Shown here: positions 42,548 through 53,188 of the stretch, in pieces
Position numbering within the stretch: the stretch's first letter is position 1
Layout: each line of letters begins with the position of its first letter
Origin: Sedimentisphaerales bacterium
GTDB taxonomy: Bacteria; Planctomycetota; Phycisphaerae; Sedimentisphaerales; SM23-30
Strand: one strand, 5' to 3'
Length of the DNA: 64,000 nucleotides
Assembly: GCA_963666285.1 (NCBI GenBank)
Contig: OY762711.1
Notes under the pieces: generated by a model
Seen by the model: only the letters and a program-made list of their open reading frames with translations
Told to the model about the DNA's origin: nothing
Databases searched by the model: none
Made by a program: the position numbers and the translations under genes

Positions 42548-42829
42548 TTACCCGAACTTATAATGTTTTTTTACTGGCTTGGAAACTTTCCATATACATT
42601 CAAAACCGGCGGGAAATTCCACATAATCGCCGGGACCGAAGCTGACTGATTCACCATCGTTTGTCTGATTGGTTACAGTCACCTCGCCTTCCAGTATCAG
42701 GCAGGTTTCCTTCTCCTGGTATTCCCATGGGAAATTGCTGATGTCGCATCCCCAGGTTGGCCATGTTTTGCATTCTGCTTCTTCAGATGCTGTTGGCTTG
42801 CGAACAATTACATCTTTTACGTCTGGCAT
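42548..42829 (-). CDS. Cupin domain protein (DUF861-like)
   Basis: FPWEY..KETCLILEGEVTV...GD.V.FP.G..C.W.V. Confidence 0.88.
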   Translation of the reverse strand: MPDVKDVIVRKPTASEEAECKTWPTWGCDISNFPWEYQEKETCLILEGEVTVTNQTNDGESVSFGPGDYVEFPAGFECIWKVSKPVKKHYKFG

Positions 42830-43048
42830 AATATTCTCCTATGTAAAAGTTAAATGACAGCTTGTGGAATTTAGGTTGACTTTAATACTTTTATATATAA
42901 GTTATTTGTCTTTTGCCTGCAATATTAAAAGCATGATTTAAAACAATAATCTGAGATAACTCTTAATTATTCCTTGACAAGTACTTAAGTCAAATAGTAT
43001 AATTCTTTTTGTCATTTTTGACAGTATAAAGGAGAGTTTAAACTCAAG

Positions 43049-43870
43049 TTGTTAAAAGAATTATTAAAAATTGCCAGACATAACCTTACCGTTGAAGGTA
43101 AGTTTCGAGTTGCTAGGGAGGCTCTTCTTAATTCCGGAGGGCTTACCGAACATGAAAAGAAGCTGCTTCGCTCTGTGTCACTTAAGGTTCATCATGCTGA
43201 CGCTATGTATTTAGGCAAGCCCGAACACTATCTCTCTGTTGGCCTCTCGGCATCAAGAGCTATAACAGAAGCTATTAAAAGATATAATGAGGATTTTATC
43301 CCACAAAATATTCTTGATCTGCCATGCGGCTATGGCAGAGTTCTTCGATTTCTGCGTGTTATGTTTCCAGATTCTACAGTTACTGCGGCAGAGATAAATA
43401 CCAAATATATAGATTTCTGTACCAAAAAGTTTTCAGCTGTTCCATTAGTATCAAAAGAAAATTTAAGGGAGTTAAAATTACCACATAAATACGATCTTAT
43501 CTGGTGTGGTTCTCTTTGCACTCATCTTAATTTAGATAAAACTTCTCAATTGATCAAATTTTTCCATGATCATCTTGCAGATAATGGTATATGTATTTTT
43601 ACTACACATGGCGAGTTTTCAATTGAGCAGCTCAAGAGCGGAATGGCTAGATATAGATTAACAGATGACTCCAAAAAGAGCATTGTTGAGCAATACGAAA
43701 CTTCTGGCTATGGATATGCTGATTATCCATATACTACCGGCTATGGGATTTCTGTGGTTACATATGATAAGATGTCAGATATTGCTCAGAAAGCCAGTAA
43801 CTGGAATGAGCTGCTTTTCAAACAAAAAGGCTGGGACAACCATCAGGATATCTATGCTTATTCTAAATAG
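43049..43870 (+). CDS. Class I SAM-dependent methyltransferase
   Basis: ILDLPCGYGRV, YDLIWCGSL.THL. Confidence 0.88.
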   Translation: MLKELLKIARHNLTVEGKFRVAREALLNSGGLTEHEKKLLRSVSLKVHHADAMYLGKPEHYLSVGLSASRAITEAIKRYNEDFIPQNILDLPCGYGRVLRFLRVMFPDSTVTAAEINTKYIDFCTKKFSAVPLVSKENLRELKLPHKYDLIWCGSLCTHLNLDKTSQLIKFFHDHLADNGICIFTTHGEFSIEQLKSGMARYRLTDDSKKSIVEQYETSGYGYADYPYTTGYGISVVTYDKMSDIAQKASNWNELLFKQKGWDNHQDIYAYSK

Positions 43871-43890
43871 CTACTGACCAGGGCGATAAA

Positions 43891-45258
43891 ATGCAATATA
43901 TTATTTTAATCTTTTTTTTGTATATTAATATTGCATTTTCTTTTGCGTCCGATTTCTTTATTGATTCTGTTAATGGGAGCAACCGCAACAATGGCAGTAA
44001 AGAAAAGCCATGGCAAAGTCTCCAGTATATATTCGACAGTCATCTTGTCGAAAGTCAGCAGTGGGATTCGCTGCCATATAAAAAAGGTGCAGAATTGGTT
44101 AAGAAAAATCCCGATGCAGTTATCAAAGCTGGTGATACTATCTGGCTTTTAGATGGCTATTACGGAGGATTATTCATCCGGGATTATTATAATTTTAGTA
44201 ATATTACCATTGCAGCTCTCGAAGGACATATCCCGCAGTTTCGCAGTATCCATATACAATCCGGCTCGAAATGGACTATCAGGGGTTTGCATGTCAGTCC
44301 GATATTTGGTGATGGAAAACTGCCAAGAGATTTAATAAGGATAGAGTCGCATGGTTTTAGAGGGCCTGCAAATGTTATTACTATAGAAGATTGTGTCATA
44401 TATTCTGCTCAGGGTACTTCTAAATGGTCAAAAGGAGATTGGAATAATTTAACCTGCAATGGTATTAGTGTAAGTGGTGAGCGTGTCACCATTCGTAATA
44501 ACAGGATAAAGAATATTAACTTTGGTATTTCGGTTTCGGCCTCTCATTCTTTAATAGAAAATAACATTATCGAAAATTTCGCAGGCGACGGCCTTCGCGG
44601 GCTGGGTGATTACTGTGTATTCCAGTATAACACTATCAAAAACTGCTATGATGTTAATGACAATCATGATGATGGGTTTCAAAGCTGGTCGCAAACAAAA
44701 GATGGGGTTGGCAAGGGGCAGGTGGTTGGTATTATCCTGCGGGGCAATACGATTATCAATTACGAAGACCCGGACCAGCCGTTTCGCGGTACCTTGCAGG
44801 GTATTGGGTGTTTTGACGGCATGTTTGTTGACTGGGTTATCGAAAACAACCTTGTTATTGTTGACCACTGGCACGGCATAACACTTCTTGGTGCCAGAAA
44901 CTGCCGCATAGTAAACAATACTGTTACTGACCTGAATTCCGACAAACCCGGTCCTCCGTGGATACAGATTGGCAGCCATAAAAACGGGACAGAGTCAGGT
45001 GATTGTATTATCAGGAACAATCTTGCAGCTTCTATCTGTCCGGCTAAAGGCAAAAACATGATAATGGACCATAATATCATTGTTGCTGACTATGATGCAG
45101 TATTTAATAACGCAGATAAGTTTGATCTAAGTTTGAAAAATGACTGTGTTGCTGTTGATAAAGGCTCACCGGAACTTGCCCCGGCCAATGATATCCTCGG
45201 CAATCCCAGGCCGCAAGGAAAAGCTGTCGATGTTGGTGCTTATGAATTGCAACAGTAA
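43891..45258 (+). CDS. Secreted right-handed beta-helix protein (pectin-lyase-like fold)
   Basis: Signal peptide, parallel beta-helix repeats, NHDDGFQ; C-terminal D..GNPR..G..VDVGAYE. Confidence 0.8.
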   Translation: MQYIILIFFLYINIAFSFASDFFIDSVNGSNRNNGSKEKPWQSLQYIFDSHLVESQQWDSLPYKKGAELVKKNPDAVIKAGDTIWLLDGYYGGLFIRDYYNFSNITIAALEGHIPQFRSIHIQSGSKWTIRGLHVSPIFGDGKLPRDLIRIESHGFRGPANVITIEDCVIYSAQGTSKWSKGDWNNLTCNGISVSGERVTIRNNRIKNINFGISVSASHSLIENNIIENFAGDGLRGLGDYCVFQYNTIKNCYDVNDNHDDGFQSWSQTKDGVGKGQVVGIILRGNTIINYEDPDQPFRGTLQGIGCFDGMFVDWVIENNLVIVDHWHGITLLGARNCRIVNNTVTDLNSDKPGPPWIQIGSHKNGTESGDCIIRNNLAASICPAKGKNMIMDHNIIVADYDAVFNNADKFDLSLKNDCVAVDKGSPELAPANDILGNPRPQGKAVDVGAYELQQ

Positions 45259-45271
45259 CTAAGAAGTATTG

Positions 45272-46531
45272 TTATTTGCTGAACAGGTACAGGTATTTCT
45301 CTGTCCTGATAATCAGCTTGCCGTCTACAGCAGCCGGTGTCGCTATGATTTTATCCTGCATGTCAATTTCCGATACCAGCTCAAATTTATCAGTCAGCTT
45401 AAGCACATACACAATACCGCTTTCACGGATGCAATAGATATGTCCTCCGGCGATCAATGGTGAAGGGTAGAAGTTTCCTTTACCTTTTGGAAATTCGCCG
45501 CTCCATATGCTCTTGCCGGTCTCCGGTTCGATACAGTCAATCCTGCCGCGGTCGTGTACTACATAAGCTTTGCCGTCATATATGGCCGGTGTCGGTATGA
45601 ATGTGCCGGTATCGTCCCGGCCCCACAGTTTATGCGTAGCTGATACATCGCCTGTGCCGCCTAGCCGTACGCCGTGAAGCTGGGCCTGGTTGCGGTCGGC
45701 CCGGGCAAAACCCATTATTGCAGCATCACCGACAACAACCGGCGAGGCAATTACCGGCCAGTATTGACTTTTCTCTGGGTTATATCCACCGCAGGACCAG
45801 ATCATTTCACCATTTGATGCGTCATGAGCTGACAGATGTTCGCCGCCCCAGATAAGTAAAGCCTCTTTACCTTTGTGCGTAAAGACCAGCGGTGTGAAGT
45901 AGCTCTGACTGTTTTCTTTTGGTGTCTCATAGTTACGGGATATTTTCCACACTTCTTTTCCGGTTGCTTTGTCAAAAGCTGCAACCCATGAATCTCCGTC
46001 ATGCAGGTCGGTCATGACAACATAGTTCTTTGTCAATACCGGAGATGAACCGTAACTAAAGTATCGCTCGTCTTTACCATATTTCTCAAATAAGTTTGTC
46101 TGCCATACCAAAGTACCGTCCGGTTTGAATGATGCAAAGTTACCGCTGTTGAAAAAGACAAAAACCGACCTGCCGTCTGTTACCGCAGATGAGTTACTGC
46201 CGGACCCGTTTGGATGTTTACCTTTTATTTCGCTGCCAAGCTCTTTTTGCCAGAGCTTCTTACCGGACATATTGTAAGCTAAAACAAGATTCTTGCCTTC
46301 CAGGCAGCTTGTAAGAAATATCTTATCTTCCCATACTATAGGGCTGGAAAATCCTTTGCCTGGAATATCGATTTTCCAGATCGCACTTTCGATGTTCCAG
46401 CTGACAGGATATTCACCTGTTTTGACTGTACCATCTGTGTTTGGCCCGCGCCAGTTGTCCCAGTTTGAACCGGCAAACGAAAGTTGGGTAAATATAGCTA
46501 CGATAAGTATTAAACAATAATTTTTTTCCAT
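45272..46531 (-). CDS. PQQ-like beta-propeller repeat protein (BamB-like)
   Basis: W..WRGP..DG; repeated SSP...G..VW blades. Confidence 0.88.
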   Translation of the reverse strand: MEKNYCLILIVAIFTQLSFAGSNWDNWRGPNTDGTVKTGEYPVSWNIESAIWKIDIPGKGFSSPIVWEDKIFLTSCLEGKNLVLAYNMSGKKLWQKELGSEIKGKHPNGSGSNSSAVTDGRSVFVFFNSGNFASFKPDGTLVWQTNLFEKYGKDERYFSYGSSPVLTKNYVVMTDLHDGDSWVAAFDKATGKEVWKISRNYETPKENSQSYFTPLVFTHKGKEALLIWGGEHLSAHDASNGEMIWSCGGYNPEKSQYWPVIASPVVVGDAAIMGFARADRNQAQLHGVRLGGTGDVSATHKLWGRDDTGTFIPTPAIYDGKAYVVHDRGRIDCIEPETGKSIWSGEFPKGKGNFYPSPLIAGGHIYCIRESGIVYVLKLTDKFELVSEIDMQDKIIATPAAVDGKLIIRTEKYLYLFSK

Positions 46532-46837
46532 GACGATCTCTGTTTTTCAATAATTCTTGTATTAATTCAGGCATAATTCTAAGGCAATAGTAAGATAAAT
46601 TCAATCCAGAAGTTAGAATCAATGCCAAATGAGAATTTTGAAATACTATTTTGTGTATTTTAGTTATGATAATCAGGTTTTTGCGCTTAATTTCGATTTA
46701 TTACTACGATTAATAAAAAGAGATATGGAATTATCTGTATTCAGGGCATATCATAGGCCATTGTCATGCTCAGTCAAGATAATAGTTATCCCTGCAACAC
46801 TTTGAATTTAAACAAAACGTGAGACGATAGACGAATA

Positions 46838-46933
46838 CCTTAATTTTTTACTTCACTATTCGTTTTTCACTTAATCGGCCCTGTTCAAGCCTTTGCGTAT
46901 AATGTTGAACAGTTAAAAGTGCGATATCGCACT
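46838..46933. repeat. Dispersed ~95-bp structured repeat, copy 1
   Basis: 82-nt core 46852-46933 is 74/82 identical to 52997-53078. Confidence 0.9.
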
Positions 46934-46968
46934 CCAATAGATTTATTACTAATTATGGAGCTTGATAA

Positions 46969-49263
46969 ATGATTATTTACCCTGGCATCAAACGAGTATA
47001 TTTACCATTATTTCTGACAGTTTGCTTACTGCTGGTAATTGTGCCGTGTAACGCCTCTGATCTGCTGAAATATGTCAATACGCTTCAGGGGACAAATTCT
47101 GAAGGTTCTTACAGTAACGGTAATACTTATCCCACCATTGCAGTTCCTTATCCGATGAGTTCGTATTCTGCCCAGACCGGTAAAAATGGTCACGGCTGGA
47201 AATACCAGTATTCAGCAGATACTATCCGCGGGTTTCAACAGGTTCACCAGTGCAGCCCATGGGTCAACGACTATGGTGTATTCTCGCTCATGCCGATACT
47301 CGGCAAACTAGTTGTAAATGAAGATGAACGTGCCAGTGCTTTCAGTCATGACAACGAAATAGCCAAACCTCACTATTACAGTGTTAAATTAGATAATGGC
47401 GTAAAAGTAGAGATATCTCCTACTGAACGTTGTGGTCAAATGCGTTTTACTTTTCCGAAAGGGGACCTGGCATATATTGTCCTGGACGGATATACCAGGA
47501 ATAGCCAGGTTAAAATCGATACCGAAAATAATACCATAACCGGATATGTCCACAATGGCATCTTGGCACCGGGTAAATACAAAAACTATTTTATCATCAA
47601 ATTCGATAAGCCGATCATTTCATATGGTACCTGGGAAAATCGAAAAAATACTATCGCAAAAGGTAATGCCTGTGCCGAAGGTGAAGGAGCGAGTGCATAT
47701 GTAGAGTTCCATAATGGTGTTACCGTACAGGCTAAGATCAGTTCTTCCTATATCAGTCCTGAACAGGCAGAGGTTAATTTTAACCGTGAAATCGCCGGCC
47801 ATAAATCGCTCGAAGATACCAGAAATGCTGCTGCTGAACTTTGGAGCAATCTGCTCAATCGTATTACTGTTGAAGGACAAAGCGAAGATGATAAGGCAAC
47901 TTTCTATTCTTGTATGTTCCGTGCAAATCTATTCTCTCATAAATTCTATGAGATAGATAAAGATGGCAATCCATATTATTTCAGCCCTTATGACGAAAAG
48001 ATACATGCTGGCTATATGTATACCGATAACGGTTTCTGGGATACTTTCCGCAGCCAGTTTCCTCTTACCAATATTCTGCATCCGACTCTGCAGGGCCGTT
48101 ATATGCAGTCGCTGCTCGATGCCCAGCAGCAGTACGGCTGGTTTCCAACCTGGTCTTGCCCCGGTCCGTCCGGCATCATGATCGGTAATCACGCTATTTC
48201 CCTTTTGACCGATGCCTGGGTTAAGGGTATCAGAAACTTCGATCCGGAACAGGCCCTGGAAGCATATCTCCATGAAATTACCGGCAAAGGGCCTTGGGGT
48301 GGTTCAAACGGTCGTGAAGCTCATAAAGAGTATTTCGAGCTTGGTTACATCCCTTACCCGATTGTTGGCGAAGCTACCGCTAAAACCCTGGAATATGCCT
48401 ATGATGACTTCTGCGGTTATCAGCTGGCCAAAGCCGTTGGTAATGAATTCTATCAGGAGGTTTTTGCCCGCCAGATGTATAACTATAAAAATGTCTGGGA
48501 CCCTTCTGTTGGCTTTATGCGCGGCCGGTTAAAAGACGGCAGCTGGCGGCCGAACTTCAACCCGTATGAGTGGGGCGGTCCTTTCACCGAAGGTAATTCC
48601 TGGCAATATACCTGGTCTGTCTTTCACGATATACGCGGGCTGATAAATCTGATGGGTGGCGAAAAAACTTTTGTCGAGAAGCTGGACGAACTGTTTTACG
48701 GCAGTAACGAGTATGATGTCGGCAGTTACGGTCATGTTATCCATGAGATCAGCGAGATGCTTGATGCCGATATGGGCCAGTATGCACACGGTAATCAGCC
48801 GGTTCAGCATGTATCGTATCTTTATACTTTCGCCCGTCAGCCTTGGAAGACCCAGCATCGTATCCGCGAGATTATGACTAAACTTTACAACGCAACCGAA
48901 AACGGCTATCCCGGCGATGAAGATCAGGGCGGCCTTTCCTCCTGGTATGTGCTTAGTGCTCTTGGCATATACAGTGTCTGTCCCGGCACAGACCAGTATG
49001 TCCTTGGCAGCCCGATGTTCGAAAAAGCTTCTATTACCCTCGAAAACGGTAATATCTTTACTATAGAAGCCAAAAACAACAGCCCCGAAAATGTCTATAT
49101 CCAGTCCGCTAAACTAAATGGCAGGGATATCACCCGTAGCTGGATTACTTATGACGAGATCAGCAAAGGCGGTTTACTTCAGTTCGTTATGGGTAACAAA
49201 CCTAACCGGCAGCGAGGTATAAACGACGAAGACCTGCCGTTTTCTCTTACCCCTGTTAAATAA
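46969..49263 (+). CDS. GH92 alpha-mannosidase
   Basis: GNTYP, HQCSPWVNDYG, FWDTFR, TLEYAYDD, FTEGNSWQY, HGNQP, GDEDQG..SSWY. Confidence 0.95.
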   Translation: MIIYPGIKRVYLPLFLTVCLLLVIVPCNASDLLKYVNTLQGTNSEGSYSNGNTYPTIAVPYPMSSYSAQTGKNGHGWKYQYSADTIRGFQQVHQCSPWVNDYGVFSLMPILGKLVVNEDERASAFSHDNEIAKPHYYSVKLDNGVKVEISPTERCGQMRFTFPKGDLAYIVLDGYTRNSQVKIDTENNTITGYVHNGILAPGKYKNYFIIKFDKPIISYGTWENRKNTIAKGNACAEGEGASAYVEFHNGVTVQAKISSSYISPEQAEVNFNREIAGHKSLEDTRNAAAELWSNLLNRITVEGQSEDDKATFYSCMFRANLFSHKFYEIDKDGNPYYFSPYDEKIHAGYMYTDNGFWDTFRSQFPLTNILHPTLQGRYMQSLLDAQQQYGWFPTWSCPGPSGIMIGNHAISLLTDAWVKGIRNFDPEQALEAYLHEITGKGPWGGSNGREAHKEYFELGYIPYPIVGEATAKTLEYAYDDFCGYQLAKAVGNEFYQEVFARQMYNYKNVWDPSVGFMRGRLKDGSWRPNFNPYEWGGPFTEGNSWQYTWSVFHDIRGLINLMGGEKTFVEKLDELFYGSNEYDVGSYGHVIHEISEMLDADMGQYAHGNQPVQHVSYLYTFARQPWKTQHRIREIMTKLYNATENGYPGDEDQGGLSSWYVLSALGIYSVCPGTDQYVLGSPMFEKASITLENGNIFTIEAKNNSPENVYIQSAKLNGRDITRSWITYDEISKGGLLQFVMGNKPNRQRGINDEDLPFSLTPVK

Positions 49264-49278
49264 TATAAAACTGACCGA

Positions 49279-49306
49279 TCAAACTGACCATCGGTCAGTT
49301 TGAGTA
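49279..49306. repeat. Palindromic REP-like element, copy 2
   Basis: TCAAACTGACCATCGGTCAGTTTGAGTA, preceded by a partial duplicate arm AAACTGACCGAT. Confidence 0.8.
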
Positions 49307-49399
49307 ATATACCAAATCCTCTTTGGTGTTATTAACGCCATCCTGATGTTTCTGGTAAATGGGAGTACCGGAAACATCAATTTTTTTGCATTTTTCTCT

Positions 49400-50938
49400 T
49401 TATCTGCTGGCAGTTATATCATCCAGCTCTGATATATACGGTGAATTGCTGTTTTGCCCCTGGTCGTCTTTCATGTTTTCACCCAGACTGTATAGTGTAT
49501 ATCCGGTAGCTGTTCGTTTATATGCCAGGTCTTGTCCGGTAAACGGATCGGTCACTTGTCCTTTGTCCAGGTAACCGGATAGCACAAGTGAGTCTAAATC
49601 TAAAGGGTATGTATATTCCTTTTTAGAATATTCCAGTGCGGCCGCTACGGTAACTACCTGCTGTTCGGTATTTGTCTTGTATTCCAATGTAATCGAGCGG
49701 CTTATACTAGGCATTATTATTGATGGGATATATTGATGCAGGATTTTTGGCATTTTTTCCGGTGAGACTTCTTTTACTGGATTTCCTTCAAGCAGAGGCA
49801 TATAGATTTCTAATGCCTCCTTGCTGTTAGACAAGCTGTATTTATCGTCCCATGTATCGGTCTGGCGGATTTTATTTCTGTAAGATTCATCTGACTGGAT
49901 AATATTGTCAAGTTTGTCAAAATGCTGGTTCACCTCCTCCAGCAGCTGGTTCCAGTTTACGTATTTGGCAACGTCATTGTCAATTGTGTCGGCATACAGG
50001 TTTTTTTCTTCATCGTAATCTCCACCTGTAATTTCTGACAGGAACATTTCTACCTGGCTGAAACCATATTGATGCATATTGATTATATAGTCCAGTATAG
50101 CGTACCTTTCAGCTGAAATGCTCAGTTTTGCCGGTTCAAGTTCTTGCATATAGTCATAGATTTCTTTTAAGAGATCCCTGTCTAAATTGCCGCTGGTTAG
50201 CATCAGCTTAGTTGAATTAAGTGCCAGGTTTCTTATGCTGAAGCTTACAATGCAGACTAGCAGGCTTTCCTCTTTTTGATGCATAATGGAACCGATATGA
50301 TATATTGTTTTGATTTCTTTCCAGGCTTTTTCATATTGTTGTTCCGCGATTAACATATTTGCCTGTGTAGCCAGTATAGAGCATAGCTCTTTTATCTCGC
50401 TAAGGTATGGAAACAGCATTAGTGCCGCCATACTGTTTTTATCTTTCGACTCATCGACCAGGTATGGCATATAATACTTGTCTTTTCCCACGATAGTTGA
50501 CAATCTGGAAAGCGGTTCTGAATTACTATCCAGCCATTTTGCCATTTCAGGGTGCTGCTCTCTGGTCCATAGTTTTTCCCTGGCTTCATATGTTATGCCA
50601 TTTATTTTGTTGGGTATTATAAGAAAATTACCTGTTGGCTTTTTTATTCCCAATTTATCAAGAAACTCTTTACTGTTATCAATTGCTATATTAACTGGTC
50701 CGAGAATTTTCAGTATCGATATAAAAGCATTATTATCCGGTGTTACACCTTCGCTGTTGATCTTATTTATAGCTGCAACATAGTCGATTGTTCCATCTTC
50801 TCTCACCGGCTCTGTCAACCGTGTGGTATCATGCCCGATCTTTATTTTCTGCTCACTTCCGGCATAAGTAATTGAGACCACGCAAAAGACAGTCAGAACC
50901 AGGGCGGTTAATAATCGAATATTGTTTCTTGATAGCAT
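49400..50938 (-). CDS. Hypothetical exported protein (planctomycete-type, pseudopilin-like C-terminal motif)
   Basis: TTRLTEP...DG.IDY..A.N start; YP..LD.LV...DPFTG..L.Y....GY.LYSLG.N..DD.G end. Confidence 0.65.
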   Translation of the reverse strand: MLSRNNIRLLTALVLTVFCVVSITYAGSEQKIKIGHDTTRLTEPVREDGTIDYVAAINKINSEGVTPDNNAFISILKILGPVNIAIDNSKEFLDKLGIKKPTGNFLIIPNKINGITYEAREKLWTREQHPEMAKWLDSNSEPLSRLSTIVGKDKYYMPYLVDESKDKNSMAALMLFPYLSEIKELCSILATQANMLIAEQQYEKAWKEIKTIYHIGSIMHQKEESLLVCIVSFSIRNLALNSTKLMLTSGNLDRDLLKEIYDYMQELEPAKLSISAERYAILDYIINMHQYGFSQVEMFLSEITGGDYDEEKNLYADTIDNDVAKYVNWNQLLEEVNQHFDKLDNIIQSDESYRNKIRQTDTWDDKYSLSNSKEALEIYMPLLEGNPVKEVSPEKMPKILHQYIPSIIMPSISRSITLEYKTNTEQQVVTVAAALEYSKKEYTYPLDLDSLVLSGYLDKGQVTDPFTGQDLAYKRTATGYTLYSLGENMKDDQGQNSNSPYISELDDITASR

Positions 50939-51198
50939 AACATTCTCTTCTGTTTTTATAGTATTCCAGAGATTAAATTACCCAAACGATAAGATAATTT
51001 TAGCGTACATCTTTTCTGATAGCAAATATTATATTAGGTATTTCAAACAGTCTGAACTTGCCGGTTTTTTTTGTTTTTAGGTGCTGCGGCAGCCTAAAAC
51101 AATGTTTTTGGACTTTTATAATCATGATCTGTCCCTACTTTTATATACATTTATCGATTTTATTGTACTTTGCCGCCTGTTTTTCCGATTATTTGACT

Positions 51199-51678
51199 AT
51201 GCTTGAACAAATATATAGTCAATATCCGGATTTACTGATAAGTATAAAAGCGATTTCTGTAGCCCTGCTTGTAGGCGGCATGATAGGTCTTGAACGGGAA
51301 AAGCAGCATAAACCGGCCGGTATTCGTACTAATATCCTTATTTGCCTGGGCGCGACTGTTTTCACCCTTATCTCTCGCCAGGCAGCTTTAGGCGATAATA
51401 GTGATCCAAGTCGTATTGTCGCCCAAATCGTTACCGGGGTTGGCTTTTTAGGGGCCGGGGCAATTATGAGGCAGGGTACAAGTGTCCAGGGGCTTACTAC
51501 CGCCGCTGAAATCTGGGTAGCGGCAGCTTTGGGAATCTGCTGTGGATATGAAAAATACCTTATGGCAATATTAGTAGGTGTTGTTACGATTATTGTTTTG
51601 GAAACATCACGTATTACCAGTAAACTTAACAAACCTCATCAGTCGCCAGACGCTCCGCAGGATCATAAATGCAAATAG
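51199..51678 (+). CDS. MgtC/SapB family membrane protein
   Basis: IGLERE...KPAGIRT, RIVAQIVTGVGFLGAGAI, GLTTAA.IW. Confidence 0.93.
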   Translation: MLEQIYSQYPDLLISIKAISVALLVGGMIGLEREKQHKPAGIRTNILICLGATVFTLISRQAALGDNSDPSRIVAQIVTGVGFLGAGAIMRQGTSVQGLTTAAEIWVAAALGICCGYEKYLMAILVGVVTIIVLETSRITSKLNKPHQSPDAPQDHKCK

Positions 51679-51735
51679 CATACTTTTTCCCTAAGGAGGT
51701 GTGTACCCAATGATATTATTTCCTTCCAAGACCCT

Positions 51736-52782
51736 TTACCTGCGCAGAATTTGGATAATACGGTTGTAAATGACAATAGATGTCAATGTCGTGTTTCCAC
51801 CGCTTGTATTAACAAACTGAACTACGACAGTATCAATGTCCTTGTGATAACGTGCGATACTGTAGTATCCCGGCAGCAAACCAGTATGTTCATACTTATA
51901 AATTGAAGAATATATTGCCTGCTCATCATCATTCAACAATGAGCCATCATTTAACGCTCTCAAAAATATGCCGGTATCCTCTGCTGTAGCTACCATTGAG
52001 CCGCCAGGTTGAATGAAGTCATTTGACTTTATATCGTTCTCGTATCCTGCATAGTACCCACTCATAACATCGGCTAAATCAACCTCGCTAAGCAGGCTGT
52101 AAGTATTGTTCAATTCAAGCGGCTTCAAAATCTCATTTTTGATATATTGGTGATGACTGTACCCCAGTGTTTTATCGAGAATTTCACCAATCAGCAAGTA
52201 ATTCGTATTGGAATAACTGTATTTTTCATCTGGCTTAAAGTCTGCTGGCATATCCAGTACCAGTTTGAAGGTTTCGCTATTTTCCTTATATGGGCTGGCC
52301 CATGGATAATCAGGGTGGTCGGAATAGTTGGGAATGCCGCTCCGATGCTGCAGCATCATTTTCAGGGTTATCTGACCTGCATTTTCAATCCTTCCGGCAA
52401 ACTCTGGCAATAGCTCGGTAAGTGTATCGTCCAGTGCCAGGCTTTGGTCGTTGACCAGTTTCGCTGTAGCTGCGGCAATATACAGTTTGCTGATGCTGGC
52501 TATCTTGAACAGGGCATGCGGATCGGCCGGCACTTGATGCTCTCGGTTTTTCCAGCCGGCGGCATACAGAGCCGGTGGTTTACCCGGTTGATCTACATAA
52601 ACTATAATGCCGTCCAGCCCATAATCTACTGCATCATTCACCTGCTCCTGCACCGTATCCGGCAATGGTGCTAACCATGCCAGTATCCCATCCCATGGAG
52701 GAAATATCACGACACAGGTTATTGCCACGAGAGGCATGATTATCCTGAGTATTAGTACTATGCGTTTCTTCTTATTTGACAT
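51736..52782 (-). CDS. Serine hydrolase, beta-lactamase/D-peptidase family
   Basis: IASISK (SxxK), LQHRSGI, YSNTNY, HTG. Confidence 0.9.
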   Translation of the reverse strand: MSNKKKRIVLILRIIMPLVAITCVVIFPPWDGILAWLAPLPDTVQEQVNDAVDYGLDGIIVYVDQPGKPPALYAAGWKNREHQVPADPHALFKIASISKLYIAAATAKLVNDQSLALDDTLTELLPEFAGRIENAGQITLKMMLQHRSGIPNYSDHPDYPWASPYKENSETFKLVLDMPADFKPDEKYSYSNTNYLLIGEILDKTLGYSHHQYIKNEILKPLELNNTYSLLSEVDLADVMSGYYAGYENDIKSNDFIQPGGSMVATAEDTGIFLRALNDGSLLNDDEQAIYSSIYKYEHTGLLPGYYSIARYHKDIDTVVVQFVNTSGGNTTLTSIVIYNRIIQILRR

Positions 52783-52980
52783 TTATACTTACCTTTAACT
52801 ATTGCCTGACATTGATTATACTGATAGTCTTTAATGTTACATCTGTGTGATGAATGATTATATGGCCTGACATCTGCCAAATTCAGATAAAAACATTATG
52901 TTGTAGTTTACTTTCGCAGTTTTTAAGTTGCAATAACGAAGTGCCTCTGGTAAATCGCCTAAAAGGGCCTTCCTGCAACA

Positions 52981-53078
52981 CCTTAATTTTTCATTTTTCA
53001 CTATTCGTTTTTCACTTAATTGGCCCTGTTCCGGCCTTTGCGTGTAATGTCGAACAGTCAAATGTGCGATACCGCACT
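52981..53078. repeat. Dispersed ~95-bp structured repeat, copy 2
   Basis: Direct repeat of 46838-46933. Confidence 0.9.
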
Positions 53079-53188
53079 TGTATATCCGGGAATAAAATCA
53101 AATCAGGTTTGATTTGGCAGTCAATATTCCCTATTATATGCTATATAAGGTTCATATAGATTTTTTTTAATGGCTACAGGAGATTTTT

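Noticed and set aside
46852..46933. Repeat as CRISPR, c-di-GMP riboswitch or self-cleaving ribozyme
   Set aside because: Only two copies 6 kb apart; the ACGCAAAG resemblance lacks the rest of the c-di-GMP-I consensus; no ribozyme core recognised
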